NCBI GenBank assembly: GCA_963841735.1
Contig: CAWJDT010000005.1
Location: 160,001-224,000 of the forward strand
Length of the DNA stretch: 64,000 nucleotides
Reading direction: 5' to 3'
DNA from: an uncultured Actinomycetes bacterium
GTDB taxonomy: Bacteria > Actinomycetota > Thermoleophilia > RBG-16-64-13
In this document: positions 43,844 to 53,273 of the stretch, one piece after another
Position numbering within the stretch: position 1 is the stretch's first letter
Layout of the letters: every line of letters begins with the position of its first letter
Translations under genes and position numbers: made by a program
The notes under the pieces: generated by a model
The model's input: the letters and a program-made list of their open reading frames with translations, nothing else
Told to the model about the DNA's origin: nothing
Database searches by the model: none

Positions 43844-45135
43844 GCAACCTCCATTCGCAGTAGTTCCTGTAACGCCCTTTGTCCAACCTCCAGCTGTTCC
43901 GTGGTGGGTTCACTGGTGGTCAAGCGCTTCTGGATGGCCCGCCCCGGCATGAGCATCAACCGGGCCAGCACCGAATCGCCGTGTTTGGTGGCCCAGCGCA
44001 GGGCCTCAAGAGCCAGGCCCAGACTGGCCGCGCCGGCCAGAGCCGACCCGACGGGTGTCTTCTTGCCCGAGCGACCCCGGGCAATCAGGTTGGTGGCCAC
44101 GGTGGCGAGCAGATAGGGCCCCACCAGGTTGGAGCCGCAGCGGTCGTGCTCTTTGGCGGCGGCGGCCGAGTCGCCGATGAGGGTCGCGTCGACCGCGTCG
44201 GGCGCGGGGGCGGCATCGACCGCCCCGCCTGCCACGTCCGCGTCGACCGCGGCGCCGGGCGCGCCGGCTCTGCCCACCTCAAGCGCGTCCGCCCCGGCGT
44301 TGAGGGCGACCGGACCCGGCGCCGCTTCGCGGCCGCGGGCGCCGCCCGCCGCCCCCCGCGCCGCGGCCCGCAGGGCCTCCTCGCGTCCACCGATGACCTT
44401 GTGTTCGGCACCGTGATATCCGGAGATGGCGGAATTCTTGAGCGCCAGCATCGCGGGAACAAAGGCGGCAAGGGCCGTGCCGGTCTCCTGCGCCAGAGCC
44501 GACTTGGGAGCCGCCGCGCGGACCCCAGAGCTCACGGCCACGGAAGCCGCCAGCGCCGCCAACACCCGTCCTCCTTCGAGGGGCATCTTGGCATTGGGCA
44601 GCTTTGACTTCACTATGCCCAGCACCATAAGGCTCTCTCCAAACCGGCCAAGGCCGCGCAACAGTGGCACGCCCGCGCTCGCGCCGCGCCGCAGGCCTGC
44701 GCCGGCTGCGCGGAGCGCTCCCGCGTCTGGGGTGGCGGCACCTGCGGCGGCGGCACCCGCACCGGCTTCTGTGACCGCGCCGCCGCCCACCACCGCGTAC
44801 GTGCCCCCGCCCGGGGCGCGGCGCGTCGCCGGCGCCTCACGGGCCGGTCCTCCGCTGCCGGGCACGTGGGGCTTCGGGCCCGAAGCCACGCTGATAGAAC
44901 CGTCGGCTTCGCGGATGGCCGCGGCCCAGTTGCGCTCCGACACCAGCACCAGGCCGTTCTTCAGCGCGATGCCGCCCATGCGCAGAGCCGGATCGGCAGC
45001 GGGGTCGTACTCACCTTGAGGGGGCCGCCCGCCGGCGCCTGCCGCCGCGGGCGCGCCCGCGGCACCGCTCACACCCGCGCTCCCGGCGCCGCCCCCGCCG
45101 CCCGCTGCCGCCCCGAGTCTCTTGTCGCTACTCAC
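43840..45135 (-). CDS. DUF1385-family membrane protein with Ala/Gly-rich insertions
   Basis: LRMGGIALKNGLV, YHGAEHK, HDRCGSN and QKRLTTSEP. Confidence 0.8.
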   Translation of the reverse strand: MSSDKRLGAAAGGGGGAGSAGVSGAAGAPAAAGAGGRPPQGEYDPAADPALRMGGIALKNGLVLVSERNWAAAIREADGSISVASGPKPHVPGSGGPAREAPATRRAPGGGTYAVVGGGAVTEAGAGAAAAGAATPDAGALRAAGAGLRRGASAGVPLLRGLGRFGESLMVLGIVKSKLPNAKMPLEGGRVLAALAASVAVSSGVRAAAPKSALAQETGTALAAFVPAMLALKNSAISGYHGAEHKVIGGREEALRAAARGAAGGARGREAAPGPVALNAGADALEVGRAGAPGAAVDADVAGGAVDAAPAPDAVDATLIGDSAAAAKEHDRCGSNLVGPYLLATVATNLIARGRSGKKTPVGSALAGAASLGLALEALRWATKHGDSVLARLMLMPGRAIQKRLTTSEPTTEQLEVGQRALQELLRMEVA

Positions 45136-46457
45136 TTCACGTCCTCCATCCCGGCCTCCTCGGCCGCTATCGCCCACACTTTCACCGGGTCGCCCCGGGC
45201 CGCCGACCGGGCCGCCCTGCGGGCGGCTGCCCGGGTGTTACCCGACGCCAGGGCCGCTTCCCAGGCAGCGTGCCCCCGTCGCGACGACGCCACTCTATAG
45301 GGCAGGTAGACGGCCACACCCATGAGCATCGCCGCCAGTCCCGCCATCAAGAAGGTCCGGCGGATGCCCACAACGTCGCCCAGCACTCCGCCCACCAAAA
45401 AGCCCACGGTGGCTCCTATCTGCCCAAAGCCGCCCCGCACCGCAAGCAGCCGTCCCTTGTCCGCTTCGGCCGGGATCTCCTGGAACATGGTGATGGAGGG
45501 TATCACCATCCCCACGTTCATCAGACCGGCTATACCCATCAGGGCGATCGCCACACCCAGATAATCGGTGGCCCACACCCCCACCAGGCAGGCGGCCACC
45601 AGCACCAGCGACAAAAGCACGTAGGCATTCTTGTCACCTTTCAAAGACATGCGACTGATGACCAGCGCCCCGGCTATGGACCCCACGGCCACTGCCGCCT
45701 CCATGAACCCCATGGCCAGAGCACCGGCGTCGAACACCTCCAGCACCAGCCCGTACGAATTGGGCATGCCCATCATCACGGCCATCGCCGGCAGCACCAC
45801 CAGCAGCATGTTGGTGCGCAGGGCCGGATGCCGCCACATGCGCATGAGCACCGCGGGCGACTCGGCTATGAGCGTGCGCACCGAAGCCGGCGGCTCCGCC
45901 CGCCGCGCGGCGCGGGGCAGCCCCAGCAGCAGCAGCCCCGAAGCCACGTAGCTGGCCGCGTCGATAGCGAAAGCGATCTTGTAGCCCAGGGCCAGCACCA
46001 GAGCGCCGCCGACCACGTAGCCGATCCACTCGGTAGAGTCCCGCGAGATGCTCGCATACGAGTTGGCCTTGACCAACTGCTCCCGCTCTACCAGTTCCAG
46101 AATCAGCTTTAGCTGTCCCGGGTTGAAGCAGGCCGAGAAGATGCCCAGCAGGCAGGCGATAACGTAGATAAATCCGATGGCCGCTTCGGCCGCAAAGGGC
46201 AGCAGCAAGATCAAAACCGCCCGGGCCGCGTCGGCCCCCACCATGATCCACTTGGCGCTGAACCGGTCGAGCAGGGCGCCGCCTATCCAACTGGTCACTA
46301 TGAGCGGAAAGGCCGAGATGGCCATGACCCCGCCCATTTGCAGCATGGATCCGGTGAGCTGGTAGACCATGATGCCAAGCGCCACCGTCGACACCGAGGT
46401 GCCAAAGCTGGAGAGGGCTTGAGCCCCCAAGAGCCGCCACAGAACTTGCAGACGCAT
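45132..46457 (-). CDS. MFS transporter (macrolide-efflux/H+ antiporter-like)
   Basis: About 12 TM helices with GGALLDRFSAKWIMVGAD. Confidence 0.88.
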   Translation of the reverse strand: MRLQVLWRLLGAQALSSFGTSVSTVALGIMVYQLTGSMLQMGGVMAISAFPLIVTSWIGGALLDRFSAKWIMVGADAARAVLILLLPFAAEAAIGFIYVIACLLGIFSACFNPGQLKLILELVEREQLVKANSYASISRDSTEWIGYVVGGALVLALGYKIAFAIDAASYVASGLLLLGLPRAARRAEPPASVRTLIAESPAVLMRMWRHPALRTNMLLVVLPAMAVMMGMPNSYGLVLEVFDAGALAMGFMEAAVAVGSIAGALVISRMSLKGDKNAYVLLSLVLVAACLVGVWATDYLGVAIALMGIAGLMNVGMVIPSITMFQEIPAEADKGRLLAVRGGFGQIGATVGFLVGGVLGDVVGIRRTFLMAGLAAMLMGVAVYLPYRVASSRRGHAAWEAALASGNTRAAARRAARSAARGDPVKVWAIAAEEAGMEDVK

Positions 46458-46541
46458 GATCCCCCAACACCGAACGCGGGTAAGTCCCCGCTATCCTACC
46501 AAGCGCGGGCCATGCCGGGTCAAGCCCGGACCGGCCCTAGG

Positions 46542-48217
46542 TCATTCCTCTCCGTCGGTCTCCCGCCTAGATGCCCGGGCACCGCGCGTCGCCATCGCCC
46601 CCACCGGCACGCGCGCCATCGCAGCTATCCCCTCCTCTGCCTGCCGCGCCCCCGCGGGCCTCGGCTGCCGATCGGTCCGCCGCCGCCCGCGCGCCACCAC
46701 CGGCTCCGGCGCGGGCTCCGGAGGCTCGTAGTCCAGATCGTCCTCGGATTCGGCCGGCAGGTCGCGCAAGAACTTCACCGCCTGCACCTCCAAGCGGAAG
46801 TCGGCCTTCTCGCCCATGACGTAGGCCGTGTCGCTCCGCCCCAAAAGGCCCAGGAAGCAGTCCACCACCTGGGGATCAAACTGCGTGCCCTTGCGGTATT
46901 CCAGCTCGGCCTGGGCGATCTCCGCGGGCAACGGAGGCCCATAGGGCCGGTCGCTTATCATGGCCGAATAGGAGTCGGCCACCGAGATGATGCGGCTGGC
47001 CAAGGGGATGCTCTCTCCCGACAACCCATAGGGATAGCCGTTGCCGTCAAAACGCTCGTGGTGATGGAGCACCACCGTAGCCGGCTCATCGAACTGATCG
47101 ATCTGTCTCAAGATCTTGTAGCCGTGCTGGCAGTGACCCTCCACCTCCACCCAGTTCTCGGCGCTCAACTTCTCGGGCGACCGCAGGAGCTGCTCCGACA
47201 CCCCTATCTTGCCCACGTCGTGCAAAAGGCTGGCCATGTGGGTGAGGTTGACGTCGTACTCGTTCAGCCCCATGGCCTCGGCGATATCCCCGGCCCACTG
47301 CGCCACCGCGGCCGAGTGCTGAGCGGTGTAGTTGTCTTTGAGGTCCAGTGCGTAGATAAGGCTCACCACGGCCTGCAGGGCCAGGCGCTCGTTGCGCACG
47401 GCCAGACGAGCGTTGCGCTTGGCCAGCCCGTGTTGGCGACCGTAGGCCCTAAAGGAGTAGATGAGGCCAACTACCGGCAGCAGACAGAGCATCACCAACA
47501 TGGTGGCCTGGAGGGTATTGGCCCCGCCCGGTATCAGGCAGATAGGTGCGGTAGACCGCGATGAGCCCCAGGCTAATGGCCAGGAAGAACACGTGGAAAG
47601 GCAAGAAGGGCTTCTCCCCTTCGCGCCAGAGCATCTTCATGCCGATGCCCCGCCGCATATAGGCGACGGGTGCCACCACGGCGAAGTTGAGCAGGGGATA
47701 GAAGACGCCAGCCCCCACGCCGATTAGAGATGATCTTCCAGATCGCGGCGTTCTCAAAGCCGCCCACCCAGCTTAGCGCCGCCCAGTAGAGAAGAGAGGA
47801 ACCGCCGGCAACGATGCCCGCGGTCGAAATGAAACACGTATGCCGTTCCCATTCGCTCAGCCTGAACCGGAAAATCTGGCTAGCGACGGCAACGGCCAAG
47901 GCCGCTAGCGGGCCAGCGATGGCCCCGCTCAGAAAGAACGTGAGAAAACTCGCAGACAGCTCCATGCCCGATCCAATGCGAACGGTACATGTCTCTGCCA
48001 ACACGGCCAGAATCATCAAGAAGACGAAACTCGCCCACGGGAATGGACCGGAAGGACCTATCCTTGGAAGAGAAACCTGAGCAAAGACAAGATACAACAC
48101 AAGGCCAAGGGTGACAATCGCCAAGGCCCTGATATATAGCCCGGCCCCACCGGCTCTTGTCGTCTTCAGCCGAATGGTAGCCGGGCCCGCTACTCTCGCT
48201 GCGCGTTCTTTGGTCAT
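46542..48217 (-). CDS. Membrane-bound HD-GYP cyclic-dinucleotide phosphodiesterase (frameshifted)
   Basis: Multi-TM N-terminus in ORFs 47573 and 47449; KDNYTAQHS, LLHDVGKIG, HHHERFDGNGYP, IISVADSY and GTQFDP. Confidence 0.88.
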
Positions 48218-48307
48218 CTATGCCGGTCCTAGCAAGTGGACAGAGGCTGCTTATAGTCCAATTGCGATATCGACCAGATGCCTCGAGAACGTTAGCGTAG
48301 GATTAGC

Positions 48308-48328
48308 CTAGTAGACCTTGAGCCACAT
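48308..48328 (-). CDS. Candidate micro-ORF MWLKVY (amber stop)
   Basis: GAGGAG SD lies 6 nt before ATG TGG CTC AAG GTC TAC TAG. Confidence 0.35.
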   Translation of the reverse strand: MWLKVY

Positions 48329-48356
48329 ATCTCTCTCCTCTCGTGCGAAAGTCCTC

Positions 48357-48519
48357 TCGGAAACCCCCGCCCAACGGCGGAGTTCCCGACCCATATGGCC
48401 CTTCCTTGTACCCAGAACACCCGGACGGTCCCATTCACCTCCGGAGTCCCAGCTTCAGACTTGAGCGCCCCATTCGGGCTTCAGTCTATGGCACAAGCGA
48501 GCCTGGCTCCAAAAGCCAG
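48357..48519 (-). ncRNA. Candidate structured 5' leader RNA (unassigned family)
   Basis: Four hairpins plus a closing stem. Two hairpin tips carry GAAUGGG. Confidence 0.4.
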
Positions 48520-48526
48520 TGACCGT

Positions 48527-48556
48527 ATCGTAAGGCCATCTAGGTCTGATTGTCAA
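48527..48556 (-). promoter_or_regulatory. Sigma70-type promoter TTGACA-18-TACGAT
   Basis: The minus strand reads TTGACAATCAGACCTAGATGGCCTTACGAT. Confidence 0.65.
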
Positions 48557-49030
48557 TGTATTGAGGTCAAGTTAGAGAAGAGTAATAGAAGTAAGCCGAT
48601 AGTGAAGTCAATATACGTTGTTTTATGTATAGTCGCTTGCATCTAAGAGACAACTCTTAGACTCTAAGGCAAAATAACCTGATCTTTCCCAGGCAGGAGC
48701 AGGTCACCGGGATATCCTAAGGATGACAGCGATAGCCAGCCGTAAGCCGAAGATACCAAGGATATCCGCGGAAACCAGGCGGTAGAGGTTGTCCTGGACG
48801 GCAGCCGCAATTGCAGGCCCCAGAAACGCCAGCGCGTAGAGCCAGCATGACCCGACCAACAGTGAAGACCCTCCAACTTGATCTTCCCCCCCACGTTCTC
48901 TCCGATAGCGCGGCCATCGGCCCACCCATCGGATAGCCTAAGTCCGTGTCCCGATATAGGTGGTCATGTACTTCGACGTCCTCAGCATGCGCTGAGCCAC
49001 GTAGTGAGCACAGACGACGCTAGTTCTAGC

Positions 49031-50025
49031 TATGGAATCCACGACCTTGGTTGACACAAGCTATAGAGTAGCGAGAGTCAATCGGAGGTCGTTAGGATGA
49101 CGAAAGCTGAGAGGGACATCAGGCGCAAGCTGGCCGTCTTTAGGTACGCCGAAGAGTCAGGCAACGTATCGCTCGCCTGCCGCCATTTCGGGATCTCACG
49201 ACAGTGCTTCTACATCTGGAAGCGAGCCTGCGAGAAACATGGCGAGACGGGTCTCGTGAACAAGAAGCCCTGCCCGCAGAATGTGGCCCTACGCACGCCG
49301 GCCCCCGTCGAGGAGAAGATCCTTCACCTACGCCGTAACTATCACTTCGGACCGCGGAGGATAGCCTGGTACCTGGAGCGCTATCACGGGATACCCATCT
49401 CGGCGAGCGGGGTCCACCGCGTGCTCACCCGGAATGGTCTCAGCCGGCTGCCCGCCAACTGTCGCACCCGCTCGATCATGAGCAAGCGCTACGAGAAGCA
49501 GATGCCCGGCCACCACGTGCAGGTGGACGTGAAGTTCCTGAAGTTCGTGGATCCGGCCGGCCGCAAGGTGCAGCGTTACCAGTTCACCGCCGTGGACGAC
49601 GCCACCCGCATCCGCGCTCTCAAGGTCTATAACAAACACAACCAGGAGAGCGCCATCGACTTCATCGACCACGTCGTGGAGCGTTTCCCCTTCCGCATCC
49701 ACACCGTGCGGACCGACAACGGCCACGAGTTCCAGGCCAAGTTCCATTGGCATGTGGAGGACCGGGGCATGAGGCACACCTACATCAAGCCGGGGAGCCC
49801 GAACCTCAACGGCAAGGTGGAGCGCTCCCACCTCACCGATCAGCTCGAGTTCTATCAGCTCCTTGAGTACACCGACGACGTCGACCTCAAGGAAAAGCTC
49901 GCGGTCTGGGAGGAGTTCTACAACGTCCACCGACCGCACGCCGGGCTCAAGGGGCAGACCCCGTATGAGGTCCTGAGAGGGAAGTTGGTATCGTGAAGCT
50001 GTCAACCGAGGTCGTACAGGTCACA
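49031..50025 (+). mobile_element. IS481-family insertion sequence
   Basis: Imperfect 26-bp terminal inverted repeats (inner 16 bp ACGACC-T[T/C]-GGTTGACA, 15/16 identical). Both ends are flanked by NCTAGN. Confidence 0.88.
49097..49996 (+). CDS. IS481-family DDE transposase
   Basis: HTH (NVSLACRHFGISRQCFYIW), VQVDVK, VDDATR, TDNGHEF, NGKVERSH and YNVHRPH. Confidence 0.93.
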   Translation: MTKAERDIRRKLAVFRYAEESGNVSLACRHFGISRQCFYIWKRACEKHGETGLVNKKPCPQNVALRTPAPVEEKILHLRRNYHFGPRRIAWYLERYHGIPISASGVHRVLTRNGLSRLPANCRTRSIMSKRYEKQMPGHHVQVDVKFLKFVDPAGRKVQRYQFTAVDDATRIRALKVYNKHNQESAIDFIDHVVERFPFRIHTVRTDNGHEFQAKFHWHVEDRGMRHTYIKPGSPNLNGKVERSHLTDQLEFYQLLEYTDDVDLKEKLAVWEEFYNVHRPHAGLKGQTPYEVLRGKLVS

Positions 50026-50560
50026 GCTAGTCACCGCCAGAACCTCGCCGAATTCCCTCGCCACTAGGACCTTCGTCTCCTCAAGGGCACAACAACCAGC
50101 GGCAACCATGCATCGCACCGAAACCCGCCGAGGGTGATATCCAGCCCGTCTCGGAGCTTGCCTTGAACTCCACCCCCAGAAGCTCCGTGTGCACACCATG
50201 TACCTTTCCCGGTCCCGGTGCCGTCGCTTTCATCCTCTTTCGATCATCGCCCTTCGTCAATCCGACGAGCCAACTGCGTGGGCGGAATGAGGGTTAAACC
50301 GATACCCCGGTTGAGTGGTATGCGTAGCGACTTAGCCGCAGCCTCTCTCAATCTGCCGCAAACCGGCCGGGAAGCGATACGAACGATTTCCTGCCAGTCC
50401 TTGCTGGAATCACGCCAGAAACCCCATGACCTCGGACCACGCCCTTGTCCAACTCGACCCCAACCTGCTCGCAAGACGTGTCACGTTCACGGGCGGCTTC
50501 AGCTACTCCTGCCCGTACCCTGCCTCCCGTCCCGCTCTCCTGGGGTACGATAAGTGTTCT

Positions 50561-50788
50561 GTGAACACGCCCGCCATACTCACCTACCTCGCCGCCGCCC
50601 ACCGGGTCAACCCGGAGGCGGAGGTCTCGGGCCCCGAACTGCAGCACGAGCTGGGGCTCGACGCCGCCACGGTGCGGCAGTGCGTGGCCGAGTTGGCCCG
50701 GCAAGGGCTGGTGGAGTGGGACCCGCTGCTCACCAACCTGTGGCTCCGAATCACCGACAAGGGGTTGGTTCACGCCGGCGGCTTCTGA
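50561..50788 (+). CDS. Small winged-helix protein
   Basis: VSGPELQHELGLDAATVRQCVAELARQGLVEW...RITDKG. Confidence 0.55.
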   Translation: MNTPAILTYLAAAHRVNPEAEVSGPELQHELGLDAATVRQCVAELARQGLVEWDPLLTNLWLRITDKGLVHAGGF

Positions 50789-50845
50789 CGGCTAGGGCCA
50801 AGGGCTGGCTGCCGGCGGCTCCAAAAGCCCGGTCCAGACGATCAC

Positions 50846-50959
50846 CTAGTGCTCAACGGCGCTTGCGTTGACGCTTAGCAGGTCGGCGATAGACTTGGGC
50901 ACCGGGCCTTTCAGGGGACTTATCAGCAACATGCCTCCGTCCATGCCCAGGCACGGACC
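50846..50959 (-). pseudogene. Remnant C-terminus of a paralogous cell-wall-binding protein
   Basis: Translates GPCLGMDGGMLLISPLKGPVPKSIADLLSVNASAVEH*, homologous to GPFLANDGGLLLLTPLKGPVPPPIVALLTTNRTAVK in the adjacent gene. Confidence 0.7.
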
Positions 50960-50978
50960 GACGAGCTCCTCTAGTTGC

Positions 50979-53042
50979 CTATTTCAACAGCCCCTTTACC
51001 TGACTCAGCACCGGCTCGATCATAGCGATATAGCTGAAGCGCTTGACAGCGGTTCGGTTGGTGGTAAGAAGGGCGACGATGGGCGGCGGCACAGGGCCCT
51101 TGAGCGGGGTGAGCAGCAAGAGGCCCCCGTCGTTGGCCAAAAACGGCCCGGCGGCCAGCGCGTCGGGGAACTTGTCTCCGGTGGCCAGGCCGGTGTGGGT
51201 GAAGGTGAGTCCGGCATAGGCCTGGGCCCACTTGGCCACGTTGGCGTTGGTGTAGTAGCGATCGGCTCCGGAGAGGTTGTAGTAGTTGACCGCGGCGGGA
51301 GTTTTGACGTAGGTGCCCACCTTGATGGCCTGGGTAATGCCTAGCTCAGATAGAGCCTGGGCGGCTTTGGGGTTCAGGACTGGATTGGGGTTGGCGGCGG
51401 TAGGCCCTTCGGTCAACAAGATGGGCCACAGCTTGGCACAAGCTAGGGGCGATACCCCGATGGCGTCGGGGAACTTGTTGCCCACGGTGATGATGGCCAT
51501 AGCGTCGCTCATGTCTTCCAGCCCGATCTCCATCATCTTCGCTACCCTGTAACTCATGTCGTAGACGTTGGCGCCATTGATGGGGATGACAAGGACGTCG
51601 TCGCCCAGAGCCGTCTGCACCTGCCCAACCACAGTCCCAGACAGCCCGATGCAGAACACCAAGTAGGGGTCCAGCCGGAGCATCTCCGCTCTGGTGCCGT
51701 TTTCGAGACCGGTGGAGGGTGTGAGAAGCACCGGGCCTCCCACCGCGGCGGCCAGGGGCGCCCCACACAGCGCCTCCTGGAAGGTCTCACCCGGGGCAAG
51801 AACCAGCCCGGAATAGGCCGGGAGCCCGCCGGGGAACATGGCCTGGGAGATGAGCTGGGCGGTGTGGTAGCGGTGGGTGCCGCGAATGGAGGTGTAGGCC
51901 AACCGCGGGACCGCGGTGTAGATCTCGTAGTTGGGGTCGGCCCCTCCGATGTTCAGCCACACGACCCGATCACCAGAGACCATCGGGGCGCGATCCTGGT
52001 CACTGTTGGTGCTGATCTGGGTCAAGCCTGCCGTCGGTGTCCACGTGATGGTCTCGGGGTCCCCGTCGGCCGAGTCGGTCCACACAACGCGGTTGCCCGA
52101 AACCTGCGGGTTGGCGCTCGTATACGTACCGCCGCTCAACCGTACGATCCCTCCGGTGGGAGTCCACATCATTATCTCCGACCAGGGCATGCCATGAGAC
52201 GACCAGACCACCCGCTCACCGGACACGCTGGGTTCATCGTCGGTAAGGTCGTCGACAGATATCTGGACGATCCCCCCCGTAGGCGTCCAGGTGAAGATCT
52301 CAAGGTCGTCGGCGGGAGCGGGCCCGCCGCGGCCCGTCCAAACGACCCGATCACCGGATACACGTGGTTCGAAGTCATCCCCGCTGTTGATAGTGATCTG
52401 GGTCGTTCCCCCCGTAGGCGTCCAGGTGAAGATCTCGGAGTCAGCACCGTCGCGGCCCATCCACACGACGCGGTCGCCCGACAGCTTTGGTTCGGCGTCC
52501 TCGTAGGCGTTGGTGGTGAGCTGCACCACCCCGCCGCCGGGCGTCCAGGTGAAGATCTCTCTGTCTGCGTAGGCGTCGGAGTCTCCCGCCCCGCACCACA
52601 CCACGCGGTCTCCCGAAACCCATGGCCACTCCTGCACCTTGGAATCGAGCGTGAGCTGCACCACTCCGCCGCCGGGCGTCCAGGTAAAGACCTCCATGTC
52701 TGTGCCGCCGTCGGAGCCTCCCGTGCCGCACCACACCACGCGATCGCCGGAGACCTGCGGCATGTCATCCCCGTACAGGTTGGTGGTGAGTTGTACCACC
52801 CCGCCGCCGGGCGTCCAGGTGAATATCTCCGTGTCTGTGCCGCCGTCGGAGCCTCCCATGCCGTACCAGACCACACGATCGCCGGAGACTTCCGCGGCTC
52901 CATCGTAGTCGGTGTTGGTAGTGAGTTGGGTTAGCGCGAAGGACTCAGCGGCCCACGCCGTGCCGCACAAGCCCGCGGTAGAAAGCGCCCACAGCAGCAC
53001 ACCGGCGAAAATCGCCACGACAGCACAGTTTGAACGGTGCAC
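50979..53042 (-). CDS. Secreted beta-propeller-repeat protein with three cell-wall-binding repeat 2 (CWB2) domains
   Basis: Signal peptide ending AWA; about eight VSGDRVVW...EIFTWTP repeats; GTHRYHTA, FPDAIG...PILLT, GADRYYTN and FPDALAAGP. Confidence 0.85.
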   Translation of the reverse strand: MHRSNCAVVAIFAGVLLWALSTAGLCGTAWAAESFALTQLTTNTDYDGAAEVSGDRVVWYGMGGSDGGTDTEIFTWTPGGGVVQLTTNLYGDDMPQVSGDRVVWCGTGGSDGGTDMEVFTWTPGGGVVQLTLDSKVQEWPWVSGDRVVWCGAGDSDAYADREIFTWTPGGGVVQLTTNAYEDAEPKLSGDRVVWMGRDGADSEIFTWTPTGGTTQITINSGDDFEPRVSGDRVVWTGRGGPAPADDLEIFTWTPTGGIVQISVDDLTDDEPSVSGERVVWSSHGMPWSEIMMWTPTGGIVRLSGGTYTSANPQVSGNRVVWTDSADGDPETITWTPTAGLTQISTNSDQDRAPMVSGDRVVWLNIGGADPNYEIYTAVPRLAYTSIRGTHRYHTAQLISQAMFPGGLPAYSGLVLAPGETFQEALCGAPLAAAVGGPVLLTPSTGLENGTRAEMLRLDPYLVFCIGLSGTVVGQVQTALGDDVLVIPINGANVYDMSYRVAKMMEIGLEDMSDAMAIITVGNKFPDAIGVSPLACAKLWPILLTEGPTAANPNPVLNPKAAQALSELGITQAIKVGTYVKTPAAVNYYNLSGADRYYTNANVAKWAQAYAGLTFTHTGLATGDKFPDALAAGPFLANDGGLLLLTPLKGPVPPPIVALLTTNRTAVKRFSYIAMIEPVLSQVKGLLK
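51930..52930 (-). repeat. Intragenic tandem repeats of about 40-44 codons
   Basis: Recurrent DNA unit CCGCCGGGCGTCCAGGT and protein unit PxVSGDRVVW. Confidence 0.8.
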
Positions 53043-53273
53043 GTCCCCCCCCTTCGGCGGCCGGCCTCGATGACCGTTCCGCGTCTTTATTTCCGCACAG
53101 GCAAAACTAACGGCTAGCACATTATCAAACCGCACCGCCTGCAGTCTAGCCTCCGCAATCCGCAGGAGTTTCGGTGGGCGCGTGGCGATGTGGGGCACGG
53201 CCGCGCCCACCGTAAGCCCGGTCCAGGCGATCACCTGCTTAAACACGTCCGGAACTCCGGCGGACGCCGGCCC

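Noticed and set aside
48357-48519. Assignment of the HD-GYP leader to c-di-GMP-I/II or c-di-AMP riboswitch families
   Set aside because: Only fragmentary resemblance (TGAAG...TGGG, GGTGAAT). The conserved cores and their order are missing, so it is left unassigned.
48660-49018. Short hydrophobic minus-strand ORFs next to the IS481
   Set aside because: No recognisable motif or clear start. They may be debris, but I cannot support a call.
51930-52930. CRISPR-like periodic repeats
   Set aside because: The repeats are in-frame coding units of a surface protein, with no unique spacers or cas genes.
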